Shown here: positions 47,974 to 58,267 of the stretch, in pieces
Numbering within the stretch: position 1 is the first letter of the stretch
Layout of the letters: each line of letters starts with the position of its first letter
Source of the DNA: an uncultured delta proteobacterium
Lineage (GTDB): Bacteria; Desulfobacterota; Desulfuromonadia; Geobacterales; DSM-12255
NCBI GenBank assembly: GCA_963787125.1
Contig: CAWBBV010000005.1
Coordinates: 64,001-128,000 of the forward strand
Direction: 5' to 3'
Length of the DNA stretch: 64,000 nt
Made by a program: the position numbers and the translations under genes
The notes under the pieces: generated by a model
Told to the model about the DNA's origin: nothing
The model's database searches: none
Seen by the model: only the letters and a program-made list of their open reading frames with translations

Positions 47974-50900
47974 TTTATGATGATTTCAGGATAATTCGAA
48001 GAATCACAATTTAAATGGCGCAGGATTACATCAGAACATCAAAAAGGTGGGACTATCATGAGAGTGATGCTAAACGCGGGTTCAAGTGAAAAAAGATTCT
48101 GGGCTAAGAGCTGCTGGTTACTGGTGCTCCTTTTGGTAATGGTGCTGCTGCCGTCAGGGAAAGCAGCTGCCGTTGACCTGATGCACAACAGCGTTGACAC
48201 CGGCTCCGGCACTAAAAAGTGGCCGAACGGCTGGGGGGTCGCCGGCGGCAAGTACGGCCAGTTTATCTGTGCCACCTGCCATGAACCTGATGGCATCAAT
48301 CTCAAGAATGTCCGTGGAGTTATTAACTCCATGAACGGTGATCTCTTGCCGAACGGCACAACCGCCGTCAATGTCTCTTTCCAGAACCAGACCGGTATGG
48401 GTGATGACTCAAAGAGCCGCACCTCTTCAAACCGGATCTGCGAAGTCTGCCACAGCCAGAACAAGTTCCATAACTTCAGCACCACCAGCAACATCAGTCA
48501 TGGCGGCGCCATGAACCATCCGACACCAAAGCAGAACTGTATCAACTGCCACAAGCATAACACCGGCTTTAAAGCTGCCTGCGGTGGCTGCCACGGCAAT
48601 CCACCGACAACCGCAGCCATTGGCGGCGACTACGGACTGATCGGCACTCCGCGAGCCTCCAACACCATGACGCCGGGTGAGATTGGCGCCCATAACAAGC
48701 ATGTCAATACCCATAACATGGTCTGCGACACCTGCCACGATATTACCAATGGCGGCACCAAGATGCCCAACCAGAGCGGCACCATCCAGATCGGCTTTTT
48801 CGGCTTCGGCGGTAAGGTAACCTCTGGTACCTACACCCCCTACTCCTCGACAAGCCGCGGTTTCAGCTTTGCCCCGGGCACCGCCACTACCACTATCGCC
48901 CCGAGTCAGACTGCTTACGCCAATGCCAACATTTGCTCCAATGTCTATTGCCATGGTGGCGGCGCACCGGGTAAAGCACCGCTGACCGGCGGCGTACTTA
49001 CCACGCCCCGCTGGGATGCAGCCAATCAGGACGCCTGCGGCAACTGTCACGGCGCCACCAACGCCACTCCGCCGACCATGGGCAGTCACACCATCCACGC
49101 ATCAAGTGCCAGCGGCTACAATATCAGCTGCGATATCTGTCACCCGCAGAATGCCAACAATTCCCATGTCATGGGTTCGGTTCGCTGGCAGCTTAAAACC
49201 ACCGACCCTAAAGTCGGCGCCAGTGCTACCTATAAAGGTCTGGCCACCGGCTCTACCGGCGGCCTGGCACCGAGTGACACCTACGGGCAGTGTTCCAACA
49301 TTGCCTGTCACACTGATGGTAAGGGCGGCCCGGCCAATGTCGCCTCTCCGACATGGGGACAGACCTTGGACTGCTCCGGTTGTCACGGCGGTGCTGTCGG
49401 CCAGACAGTCCTGATAACCACAGGCAAGCACGCAGCTCACACTAACAACGCCGCAGTCCTGGGCAGCAATTACGGCTGCGCTGTCTGCCACGCCAAAACT
49501 GTTAGCAGCGATACAGATATCAGTTCCATAACAAACCATAACAATCAGTTCGTTGACTACTCCGGCGCAAAAGCCGGCAAGAGTGTCAGCTATGTACCGG
49601 CTACCGGCATCTGCTCATCTACCTACTGCCACAGCGACGGCAAGGGGACTCAAATTACCATGACCGGCAGCGGTTGGAACAGCACCACAACCCTCGATTG
49701 CACTGGCTGCCACGGCAATGCCGCAGTTCCCGCTTTTACCAGCGTTGCCGGTGAGCCTAACTATACCAACCAGGGTGCCGGTCAGACACGGGCCAACAAC
49801 CACCAAAAACATGTCGGCACAACCGGAGCCGTCACCTGCGCCTACTGCCATGGCGCTACCGTCAACAGTGGCGGGACAATTATCAACGCCAGCACAACTC
49901 ATACGGACAAGAACATTGATGTTGTCCAGGGTGGGAGTAAAACTTTTACCTACGTAGCCGGCAGCAAGACTTGCTCCAACATCAGCTGCCACGGCGCCAC
50001 AGCCTCCGCTATCCAGTGGGGGGCTAGCATGCCGGTAGACTGTAGCGGCTGTCACGGCGGCAACCTGACCGCTGCCACAACTATCACGACCGGCAGACAC
50101 ACCGCCCACGTTAATAACGCCGCTGTTCTTGGCGACAACATCGGCTGCGTTGAGTGCCACGCCAAGACTGTCACTGCTGACCGGACTATTGCCGGGGTAA
50201 ACTCTCACATTAACGGCTTTGTCGATTTTTCCGGCGCCAAAGCCGGCGGCAGCAGCAGCTATACTGCTGCAACCGGGGCTTGCTCTGCCACTTACTGCCA
50301 TACTGACGGTAAAGGTACTGCTGTCAGCATGATCGTCAATAACTGGCATGCTGGTACCAGCCTGACCTGCGCCGGTTGTCACGGCAGTGATGCAACCCCG
50401 GCTTTCACCAGCGTTGCCGGTGAACCAAACTACGCCACAACCGGAGGTAATCTGCTCCGCTCCAACAGCCACCAGAACCACACCACCAAGGTTGTGGGCT
50501 ATACCGGCGCAGCTTCCTGCGACATCTGTCATACCAACACGGTCACCACGAACGGCACTGCCATCAAGGCAGGTTCAAGTCACCTGAACAAAGGGATCGA
50601 CGTTAACTTCAATGCCGCCAGAGCGACCGCCAGCTGGAACCCACTAACAAAGGCCTGTAACAATATCTCCTGCCATGGCGGGCTGAATGCCATCTGGGGT
50701 GACATGGCATCGGCCGGTTGCAACGTCTGCCATAGCAACCTCTCCGCTACCCACGGCGTCCATATCGGCGATCTCTTGAGCAGTGGCGCAGTGACCTTCT
50801 ACAACTTCACGGGCATTCGCAACTCAGGAACTGTCTACCGGATCGGCTGCGCTAACTGTCACCCGACCGACTCTTCAAAACACCGTAACGGCATCGTCGA

Positions 50901-53075
50901 ATTAACCATCAACAAAAATAAAGTCGGTGCCAATTACGTTGCCACTCTCAACTCTCTGGCAACTGCCGACGGCATCAACATAGCCAACAGCGGTATCAGC
51001 GGCACAGCCGGTTCCAACGTTGTCTGCGCCGCCTCCTACTGCCATTCAAACGGCCGGATTATCCCGCTCAGCGCCGGCGACTTCAAGGCATCACCTAACT
51101 GGTATGCAGCGTCAGTGACCACCAACCGCTGCGGCATGTGCCACGACAACCCGCCACAGTATGCCGGTCAGTCCCATTACGTAGCAGCTTCAACCCTTGG
51201 CAACAACGGTACGCCGCCATATAAGGACAGCGGTCACATGGTCGGCATCCACTTTAAAAACACCTCAAAGGGAAACAACCTGAACGGCTTCCTCGGTTAC
51301 TCTTCCAGCGGTAACATGGCCCATGGCAACGCAGCTCTTGCCACTACCATCAGCTGCTATGTCTGTCATAGCGGCATTGTCAGCCCGGCCACTATCGACA
51401 CCTACGCCATGAACGGCACCTCCACCAAGTTCCGCTGCGGCTCCTGTCATACCGGCAGCAGTAGAACCAAGCTGCAAAACGGCTTGATTGTCAACACCGC
51501 CCTGCATATTAACGGCGTCAAGAATGTGGTGTTTTCTCCCACAAGCATCAAAACCAAGGCGCAGCTTGCCACTGCCGGTAATGCCCTTGGCTGGACCCGC
51601 AACGGTGCCTACAAAGACGCTGCTGCCTATGACAGCGCTGACCTGTCAGTGTCAACCTGGGATTCCGGCACAAAAACCTGTTTGACAGCCTGTCACGTCA
51701 ACCAGCCCAATATTATCTGGGGAGCAGCACTGCAGTGCGTTAGTTGTCACGCGAATCAATAATGCGGGGATGGGTCATGCAGAGTGAAATCATTACAGAA
51801 GGTGAGAAAATGAACTACAAGAGGAATATTGTGGCGTTATTACGCCGCATCAGCCCGGTGACACTGGGGCTGCTGGCTTTTCTCGCCTTCTGTATTGCTC
51901 TGACTGACCCGGCTGCCGCAGCTGATCTGCTCCACAACAGTAATGATACCGGCTCGGGCACCAGCAAATGGCCAAACGGCTGGGGTATTGCCGGTGGCAG
52001 ATACGGCCAGTTTATCTGCGCCACCTGTCATGAGCCGGATGCTGACAACGAGAAGAATATCAGGGCAACCATTTCGTCCATGAATGGCGACCTTCTGCCG
52101 AACGGTTCAACCTCGGTCGCCATAAATTTCCTGAATCAAACCAGCATGGGTGATGATTCAAAACCGCGCACCGCCTCCAACCGGATTTGCGAAGTCTGTC
52201 ACAGTCAGAATAAATTCCACAACTACAGCACCACCAGTAACCTCTCCCATGGTGGCGCGCTGGGGCATCCAAATCCCAAACAGGTCTGCGTCAGCTGTCA
52301 CAAACACAATACCGGCTTTAAAGCAGCCTGCGGTGGCTGTCACGGCAATCCGCCCACATCGGCAAGCCTTGGCAACTATTCCGGCATGATAGGCACTCCG
52401 AGAGCTTCAAACACTCTCACTCCCGGCCAGCCAGGCGCTCACAGAGCCCATGTCAGCGACCATTCACTGGTGTGCGACACCTGTCACTATATCGACCCCC
52501 AGAGTGGCCAGTCCAGAATGCCTAACCAGAGCGGCACTGTCCAGATCGGCTTTTTCGGTTTTGGCGGCAAGGTCACCAGCGGCACATTTACGCCCTTTAC
52601 CTCTGCCACAAGAGGCTATCCCTTTGCCGCAGGTAGCGCCGGCACCATTATCGCTCCCGGTCAGACCAGCAACGCCAATGCCAACATCTGCTCGAATGTG
52701 TATTGTCACGGCGGCGGCGCGCCGGGTAAAGCGCCGCTCACCGGCGGTACCAATCAGACACCACGCTGGGACGGCAGCGGCCAGACCGGGTGCGGCAGCT
52801 GTCACGGCGCATCCCCGACCGCGACCACCATGGGTAACCACCAGATCCATGCCGGTTCGGCAACCGGTTACAGTTATGCTTGTAACACCTGTCACCCGGC
52901 CACTGACAGTTCACATGTCCAGGGGAGCGTTCGTTGGCAGTTCAGCACCACTGACCAGCGGGTTGCCGGAGCAAAATACCAGCCAGCCGGGGCGGCAACA
53001 GCGGAAAACTCCGGCGCCACCGGCAATCTGGCTCCCAGCAGCAGCTACGGCAGCTGCAGCAGTATCTACTGCCAT
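45565..53075 (+). repeat. Diverged ~3.75-3.8 kb tandem duplication crossing gene boundaries
   Basis: A 3' part matches B 3' part (stop codons 3789 nt apart); B 5' part matches C 5' part (about 3750 nt offset); boundaries approximate. Confidence 0.8.
48058..51762 (+). CDS. Giant CxxxxCH/CxxCH multiheme cytochrome B (about 29 heme motifs)
   Basis: Signal peptide; hand count 21 CxxCH, 7 Cx4CH, 1 Cx3CH. Confidence 0.92.
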   Translation: MRVMLNAGSSEKRFWAKSCWLLVLLLVMVLLPSGKAAAVDLMHNSVDTGSGTKKWPNGWGVAGGKYGQFICATCHEPDGINLKNVRGVINSMNGDLLPNGTTAVNVSFQNQTGMGDDSKSRTSSNRICEVCHSQNKFHNFSTTSNISHGGAMNHPTPKQNCINCHKHNTGFKAACGGCHGNPPTTAAIGGDYGLIGTPRASNTMTPGEIGAHNKHVNTHNMVCDTCHDITNGGTKMPNQSGTIQIGFFGFGGKVTSGTYTPYSSTSRGFSFAPGTATTTIAPSQTAYANANICSNVYCHGGGAPGKAPLTGGVLTTPRWDAANQDACGNCHGATNATPPTMGSHTIHASSASGYNISCDICHPQNANNSHVMGSVRWQLKTTDPKVGASATYKGLATGSTGGLAPSDTYGQCSNIACHTDGKGGPANVASPTWGQTLDCSGCHGGAVGQTVLITTGKHAAHTNNAAVLGSNYGCAVCHAKTVSSDTDISSITNHNNQFVDYSGAKAGKSVSYVPATGICSSTYCHSDGKGTQITMTGSGWNSTTTLDCTGCHGNAAVPAFTSVAGEPNYTNQGAGQTRANNHQKHVGTTGAVTCAYCHGATVNSGGTIINASTTHTDKNIDVVQGGSKTFTYVAGSKTCSNISCHGATASAIQWGASMPVDCSGCHGGNLTAATTITTGRHTAHVNNAAVLGDNIGCVECHAKTVTADRTIAGVNSHINGFVDFSGAKAGGSSSYTAATGACSATYCHTDGKGTAVSMIVNNWHAGTSLTCAGCHGSDATPAFTSVAGEPNYATTGGNLLRSNSHQNHTTKVVGYTGAASCDICHTNTVTTNGTAIKAGSSHLNKGIDVNFNAARATASWNPLTKACNNISCHGGLNAIWGDMASAGCNVCHSNLSATHGVHIGDLLSSGAVTFYNFTGIRNSGTVYRIGCANCHPTDSSKHRNGIVELTINKNKVGANYVATLNSLATADGINIANSGISGTAGSNVVCAASYCHSNGRIIPLSAGDFKASPNWYAASVTTNRCGMCHDNPPQYAGQSHYVAASTLGNNGTPPYKDSGHMVGIHFKNTSKGNNLNGFLGYSSSGNMAHGNAALATTISCYVCHSGIVSPATIDTYAMNGTSTKFRCGSCHTGSSRTKLQNGLIVNTALHINGVKNVVFSPTSIKTKAQLATAGNALGWTRNGAYKDAAAYDSADLSVSTWDSGTKTCLTACHVNQPNIIWGAALQCVSCHANQ

Positions 53076-56000
53076 TACAACGACACGCCTCAATGGGGAA
53101 GCAGCCTGGCGACCGACTGCAGCGGCTGCCATGGCGGCGATGAATACTCGGCCAGCCCGATGGTAAAAGATGCCCACCGAACCCATGATTTTAACCGCAG
53201 CGCCCGTTTCGATCAATTTGACTTCAAATGCCAGGACTGTCACGCCAGTGTGGTAGATGCCACGAACAGGGTAATCACCAATAAGGCCCTTCATTCCAAC
53301 GGCACCAAGGAAGTTGTTTGGAGTGCTCTGGTCACCAGGACCTCCGGAACGGTGGCCTATAACAACAATGATGCCAACTGCTCCACAACTTACTGTCACT
53401 CCAACGCTCTCAATGGCGCGCCCAATGTCACCAGCCTTTCCTGGCTTGGTACCCCGAGCAGTCAGGAGGGGACCTTTACCTGTAACTCCTGTCATGGTGG
53501 TTTTGCCGGCGTGTTTAATCCATTAACCACCAACAGGCATGCTTTTCACCTTAACAACCAGTATAAAAACTCAAATATCCCGCACGTACCGGTTACCTGT
53601 CATGTCTGCCACGACAACACCATCGGCCCGGACGGTCAGTCGATCAACCATAGTAACGGCCTGCACATTAACAAAAGCTATAATGTCACCTTTGCCAGGT
53701 TCGCCAACCGGTCGGGGTACTACACTCCAGGCACACTGCCAGCTAAAGGCACCTGTCGCTCGACATACTGTCACGGCAACAATAATCCGGTCTGGACCTC
53801 AACAACACTGCTTACCTGCGGCCAATGTCATGAGGCAAGTAACCGCAACAACACTTTCTCGCTCTCTTCCAGCCATATAAAACATTACAACACTACGACC
53901 CGGCCTACGGCAGCAAACGGCTGGACGAATGTCAATAATTCCACCGGCACCACCAACCGGTTCATGTGCGGGGTCTGCCATGCTGAGGATCCGGCAACTC
54001 ACCACGTTAACGGCCAGGCCATGCCGAACGGCGCAGCCGCTGATTTGCTGATCAGTCTGCCGTTTACCGTGACCCCTTCCAGTCGCCAGTACCCGGCCGA
54101 CGGTCTGCCGGTGATTACCAGGGGGACCACGGTAATTCCTGACCGTGGCAATTATTTCTTTTCCCGCGAGACCACCTGCCAGGTCTACTGTCATAGTAAC
54201 GCCCGCGGCGGCCCCCCGGTCAACACCATGTACTGGGCTAACACCACCACTTCGTGCGGCAATTGCCACAACAAGGCCGGAGACGCCGACCCGACCTGGT
54301 CCGGCGCTCATACCGACCATGAGACATCCCCGATAACGACGGCGATTACCTGCCAGGCGTGCCATTCAGCCACAGCCTCAGGAAACAATACCCTTGCCAG
54401 TCGCCGTGACCTGCATCCGAATGGCTTCATTAATTTGACCGGCACGGTCAACACTTCGTTCCGCTGGAACGGCACCAACTGCACCAATAACAAGTGTCAC
54501 TATGGCGGCACCACCCCCAACTGGGTGGGAGGAGTCTTTACCACCAGCCACTGCATCGGCTGTCATGGCGGCACCGCCTCCACCACCAATCCTATGAACA
54601 AGATGGGGCATGGGGCCCACATCAACAACCAGAGCGCCAAATTCGGCTCGCCCAGATACAACTGTAATGAGTGTCACAACACCGTTGTTTATGCCAATAA
54701 CACCTCTATTCTTGGCCCGACACTCCATGTCAACGGCACCAACAATGTCTCCTGGGGTCCCTTAAGCACCGGCGGCGGCGCCTACAATGCCGGCGCATGC
54801 GCCACAATTTACTGCCACAGTAATGGCGCTGCCACCTTGACCTATAAGGCGCCTACCAACTGGCGCACACTTGCCGACGGTACTCAAGGGACGGTACAAT
54901 GTGACTACTGCCATAACGGACTGGTAACCGATACAGCCCCGATGAGCAGTAACCGCCATACCAACCATATCAACTCAAACCCGGCTGGCGGCATCAACCA
55001 TATGGCAATTGCCTGCGATGATTGCCATGATAATACCGTGGCGGCAGGCGGCACTTCCATACTTGCCGGCAACAATAGTCACATAAACAAAAAGGTCGAC
55101 ATTAATTTTGCCAAGTTCGACAATCGTTCCGGCTCGTACAGCGGCACTGCTACCAAGCAGTGTTCCAATACCTATTGCCACGGCTACAAGACGATGACCT
55201 GGACAACGACCACCGTGAATGTCTGCGGGGACTGCCATGCCGCCAGCAATACCTTCTCCTTCGGCCTTTCCTCAACTCATCGCAAGCATTACAACAGCGG
55301 CACCAACGCAACCAACGCCAACGGCTGGACCAGCAGTCTCAGCCAGACCACGGCCACCAATTTTGTCGCCAACTGCGGTGTCTGCCATAATGTCACGCCT
55401 GGTACCAACCATGTGAATGGTCCGGTCAGCGCCTCGGCTTCCGCTGAATTGTCGTTCAATATTCCTGTGGTGCCGTCCGGAGCGGCACGGCCCAATACGC
55501 CTGTTTACGGCAGCACCATCAGAACCGACGGTGGTGGCTACTTCTTCTCCAGCGGCACCACCTGCGATGTGTACTGCCATTCGGACGCCCGTGGCGGCCC
55601 ATCCAAGACACAGTTTGTCTGGTCCAAGACCACCTTTTCCTGCGGCAAATGCCATAACAGCGCCAAAGACGGCGACCCGAGCCCGACCTGGAGCGCCCCG
55701 CATACCAAACATATCCGGACCTATTTCGAGGCGGGCAACAGCAATATCGGTTGCTACGCTTGTCACAAGTCGACCGTGTTTGCCCAGAGCAGTTCCATTG
55801 CCGACAAACGCAAGCATGTCAACGGTTACCGCAACGTCTCTTCCAGCAGCTTCAGCGGCTTTACCTATGTCGCCGCTACCAAGGCCTGCAATACCGGCTA
55901 CTGTCATTCTGACGGCAAATTGAGCGGCTCCCAGTACGCCAGCCCGACCTGGACGGCCATTGCTGCCAACTGCACCGGCTGCCACGGCAGCGCCACAGCC

Positions 56001-58244
56001 AACTCCACCGGGGGTTCGACTCTCTCCGGCAGACATGCCAAACACTTGAATCCTGCGAGCAATCCGATGATCGGCACTGGGAACGGCTTCAAATGCGCCG
56101 ACTGCCATGCTTTAACAATTACTAACGCCGACAACCTGACCATTACTGACGCCGGCAGGCACGTCAACAAGATCATCAACTACTCCGGCGCCAAGGCCGG
56201 CGGTTCGGCAAAATACAACACCGGCACCAAGGTCTGCACCAACATCTATTGCCATTCCAACGGCAATCCGAATGCACTTGTCTTTGTCAGCATGACCGGC
56301 AGCAAGACCTGGACAACATCAACATATACCATCACCACTTGCAACAAATGCCATGGACGCAGTAACAACCTCGGCTATCCTGATTACACCAACGGCGGCG
56401 CCAACAAAGCTAATTCAAACCTTCATCCGGGTCACCTTGTCGGCATGACCGATACCACTGCCTGTGCCGACTGCCACCGCAAAACTCCCGACGCATCAGT
56501 CCCTTCCCAGTACCGGCCATACTCGACCATGCATTTGAACGGTACGCCGAATCTTTATTTTAACACTGACAAGAACTATGTCGGGGCAAAGGCAACAGTT
56601 GTCCAAAACGGTTATCAAGTGACCTGCAGCAACGTAGTCTGTCACGGTCAGGGAACACCGATCTGGGGGAGCCAACCATCAGGGCTGGCCGGGGTAAGAA
56701 CCTGTACGAAATGTCACGGCACCAAGACAACGGCTGACTACCTGAATAACTACTCTTCAGCTATGATCGCTCCGGGTTACAACGGTGAAGGTACAGATAC
56801 CACCATGAACAAGGCTCTGCCGACCGATCCGCGAGTCGGCGCCCACCAGCGCCACCTGGTTTCAAATGTTATTACAGCTGTTATCAAATGCGGCGAGTGT
56901 CACGTAACTGTTACCAACATCCGTTCCGGCAACCACTGGAACTACTCAACCGCGACCATTACTTTCTCCGGTCGTGCGACCACCAATAATCACACCAACG
57001 CGGCAGCTTCCCGGACGGACGGGATCATGCAGTGCAGCAATACCCAGTGTCATACCGGCAAATCCAATTCAGGTAATTATGTAATACCATTCTGGACCTA
57101 TACCGGACTTATCAAGGAAAGCACCCTGACCGTTGCCTCTTGTCAGAGATGTCACGGTTTCCCGCCGAAAACTGTCGGTTCCGGCGGCACGGCCCTTTCC
57201 TATGACCACACAGCCCTGGCTGACCCAACGTCCTTCCCGGTTACTAACTGTTCAGGTTGTCATACAAACATAAGCTCGACCGGCACTAATTATAACGATA
57301 TATTTACGACCAAAGCACTCCACATTGACGGCGTCATACAAGCCAGCGGCGGCCACTCCTTCCCCAATCCCGGCTCCATTCATAATACCGCTACAGGATA
57401 TCCGGCCTTCTCCAGTTGTGTAAACGGTAGCTGTCACACAAATGGCTCCAACGCAACTTATCCGGTCCCAGCCCTCACTGCTCCTGATTGCACCAGCTGT
57501 CACAAGCGACCAAGTAACGAAACTTCCTTCGGAATCAGGACCAGTGGCGCATCCTCCTGTTATGACTGCCATGGCTCCAGTTCAACAGACGGTCGTCCGA
57601 ACGGCAGCGCCTTTCCAAACTACAGCGGCAGCCACACCAAGCACGTTGTCACTCAGAATCTAAGTTGCGCCACTTGTCACGGACCTTACGGCGGCGGCGT
57701 GGGTGATACCAAGCACGGTTTCAGCAACAGAACTGCTCACAACTACACCTTTGTCAATGTGACATCCACATCGGCACAGTTCAAATTCAGCTGGACAGGT
57801 AAGGGCACCTGCTCCACCAACAGCTGTCACGCAACAGCCGAATGGGGTGTCAGCAAACTGCAGTGCAACAGCTGTCACAGTTATGACTCCAGTGATCCCT
57901 GGAATTCCACCTACGGGATCGAGGGTGTCGGCGCCCATAAGTTGCATATTGACTATATCAAGACCCGCTGGAACCAGACCCTTGATCCGGCCGGAGATCT
58001 GTTCGGTTCCGGTGCGGCAGCAGCTGTCTGCGGTGTTTGTCACTCAACTGACCCTGCCGACCACAGCAAAAGCAAGGCTGTTAACAGCCGCAATATTAAT
58101 TTTGGCGGCAGCACTACCCGCCAGTTCGGCACCATCACACCGACCTATAACGGCACCAGCGGCACGTCTTCATCAGTAAACCCGAAATCGTGCATGAATA
58201 CCGATTGCCACTACCGGACCTCGCCAATCTGGTCGACGTACTAA
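51810..58244 (+). CDS. Giant CxxxxCH/CxxCH multiheme cytochrome C (about 52 heme motifs)
   Basis: Signal peptide; hand count 36 CxxCH, 14 Cx4CH, 2 Cx3CH; AAGGTGAG RBS. Confidence 0.92.
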   Translation: MNYKRNIVALLRRISPVTLGLLAFLAFCIALTDPAAAADLLHNSNDTGSGTSKWPNGWGIAGGRYGQFICATCHEPDADNEKNIRATISSMNGDLLPNGSTSVAINFLNQTSMGDDSKPRTASNRICEVCHSQNKFHNYSTTSNLSHGGALGHPNPKQVCVSCHKHNTGFKAACGGCHGNPPTSASLGNYSGMIGTPRASNTLTPGQPGAHRAHVSDHSLVCDTCHYIDPQSGQSRMPNQSGTVQIGFFGFGGKVTSGTFTPFTSATRGYPFAAGSAGTIIAPGQTSNANANICSNVYCHGGGAPGKAPLTGGTNQTPRWDGSGQTGCGSCHGASPTATTMGNHQIHAGSATGYSYACNTCHPATDSSHVQGSVRWQFSTTDQRVAGAKYQPAGAATAENSGATGNLAPSSSYGSCSSIYCHYNDTPQWGSSLATDCSGCHGGDEYSASPMVKDAHRTHDFNRSARFDQFDFKCQDCHASVVDATNRVITNKALHSNGTKEVVWSALVTRTSGTVAYNNNDANCSTTYCHSNALNGAPNVTSLSWLGTPSSQEGTFTCNSCHGGFAGVFNPLTTNRHAFHLNNQYKNSNIPHVPVTCHVCHDNTIGPDGQSINHSNGLHINKSYNVTFARFANRSGYYTPGTLPAKGTCRSTYCHGNNNPVWTSTTLLTCGQCHEASNRNNTFSLSSSHIKHYNTTTRPTAANGWTNVNNSTGTTNRFMCGVCHAEDPATHHVNGQAMPNGAAADLLISLPFTVTPSSRQYPADGLPVITRGTTVIPDRGNYFFSRETTCQVYCHSNARGGPPVNTMYWANTTTSCGNCHNKAGDADPTWSGAHTDHETSPITTAITCQACHSATASGNNTLASRRDLHPNGFINLTGTVNTSFRWNGTNCTNNKCHYGGTTPNWVGGVFTTSHCIGCHGGTASTTNPMNKMGHGAHINNQSAKFGSPRYNCNECHNTVVYANNTSILGPTLHVNGTNNVSWGPLSTGGGAYNAGACATIYCHSNGAATLTYKAPTNWRTLADGTQGTVQCDYCHNGLVTDTAPMSSNRHTNHINSNPAGGINHMAIACDDCHDNTVAAGGTSILAGNNSHINKKVDINFAKFDNRSGSYSGTATKQCSNTYCHGYKTMTWTTTTVNVCGDCHAASNTFSFGLSSTHRKHYNSGTNATNANGWTSSLSQTTATNFVANCGVCHNVTPGTNHVNGPVSASASAELSFNIPVVPSGAARPNTPVYGSTIRTDGGGYFFSSGTTCDVYCHSDARGGPSKTQFVWSKTTFSCGKCHNSAKDGDPSPTWSAPHTKHIRTYFEAGNSNIGCYACHKSTVFAQSSSIADKRKHVNGYRNVSSSSFSGFTYVAATKACNTGYCHSDGKLSGSQYASPTWTAIAANCTGCHGSATANSTGGSTLSGRHAKHLNPASNPMIGTGNGFKCADCHALTITNADNLTITDAGRHVNKIINYSGAKAGGSAKYNTGTKVCTNIYCHSNGNPNALVFVSMTGSKTWTTSTYTITTCNKCHGRSNNLGYPDYTNGGANKANSNLHPGHLVGMTDTTACADCHRKTPDASVPSQYRPYSTMHLNGTPNLYFNTDKNYVGAKATVVQNGYQVTCSNVVCHGQGTPIWGSQPSGLAGVRTCTKCHGTKTTADYLNNYSSAMIAPGYNGEGTDTTMNKALPTDPRVGAHQRHLVSNVITAVIKCGECHVTVTNIRSGNHWNYSTATITFSGRATTNNHTNAAASRTDGIMQCSNTQCHTGKSNSGNYVIPFWTYTGLIKESTLTVASCQRCHGFPPKTVGSGGTALSYDHTALADPTSFPVTNCSGCHTNISSTGTNYNDIFTTKALHIDGVIQASGGHSFPNPGSIHNTATGYPAFSSCVNGSCHTNGSNATYPVPALTAPDCTSCHKRPSNETSFGIRTSGASSCYDCHGSSSTDGRPNGSAFPNYSGSHTKHVVTQNLSCATCHGPYGGGVGDTKHGFSNRTAHNYTFVNVTSTSAQFKFSWTGKGTCSTNSCHATAEWGVSKLQCNSCHSYDSSDPWNSTYGIEGVGAHKLHIDYIKTRWNQTLDPAGDLFGSGAAAAVCGVCHSTDPADHSKSKAVNSRNINFGGSTTRQFGTITPTYNGTSGTSSSVNPKSCMNTDCHYRTSPIWSTY

Positions 58245-58267
58245 CATGAAAGTAATAAGGGGAGTAA

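Noticed and set aside
43951..58244. Diversity-generating retroelement or invertase-driven shuffling behind the repeats
   Set aside because: No reverse transcriptase or recombinase in the window; differences are mostly synonymous and not adenine-specific; repeats are direct and in-frame
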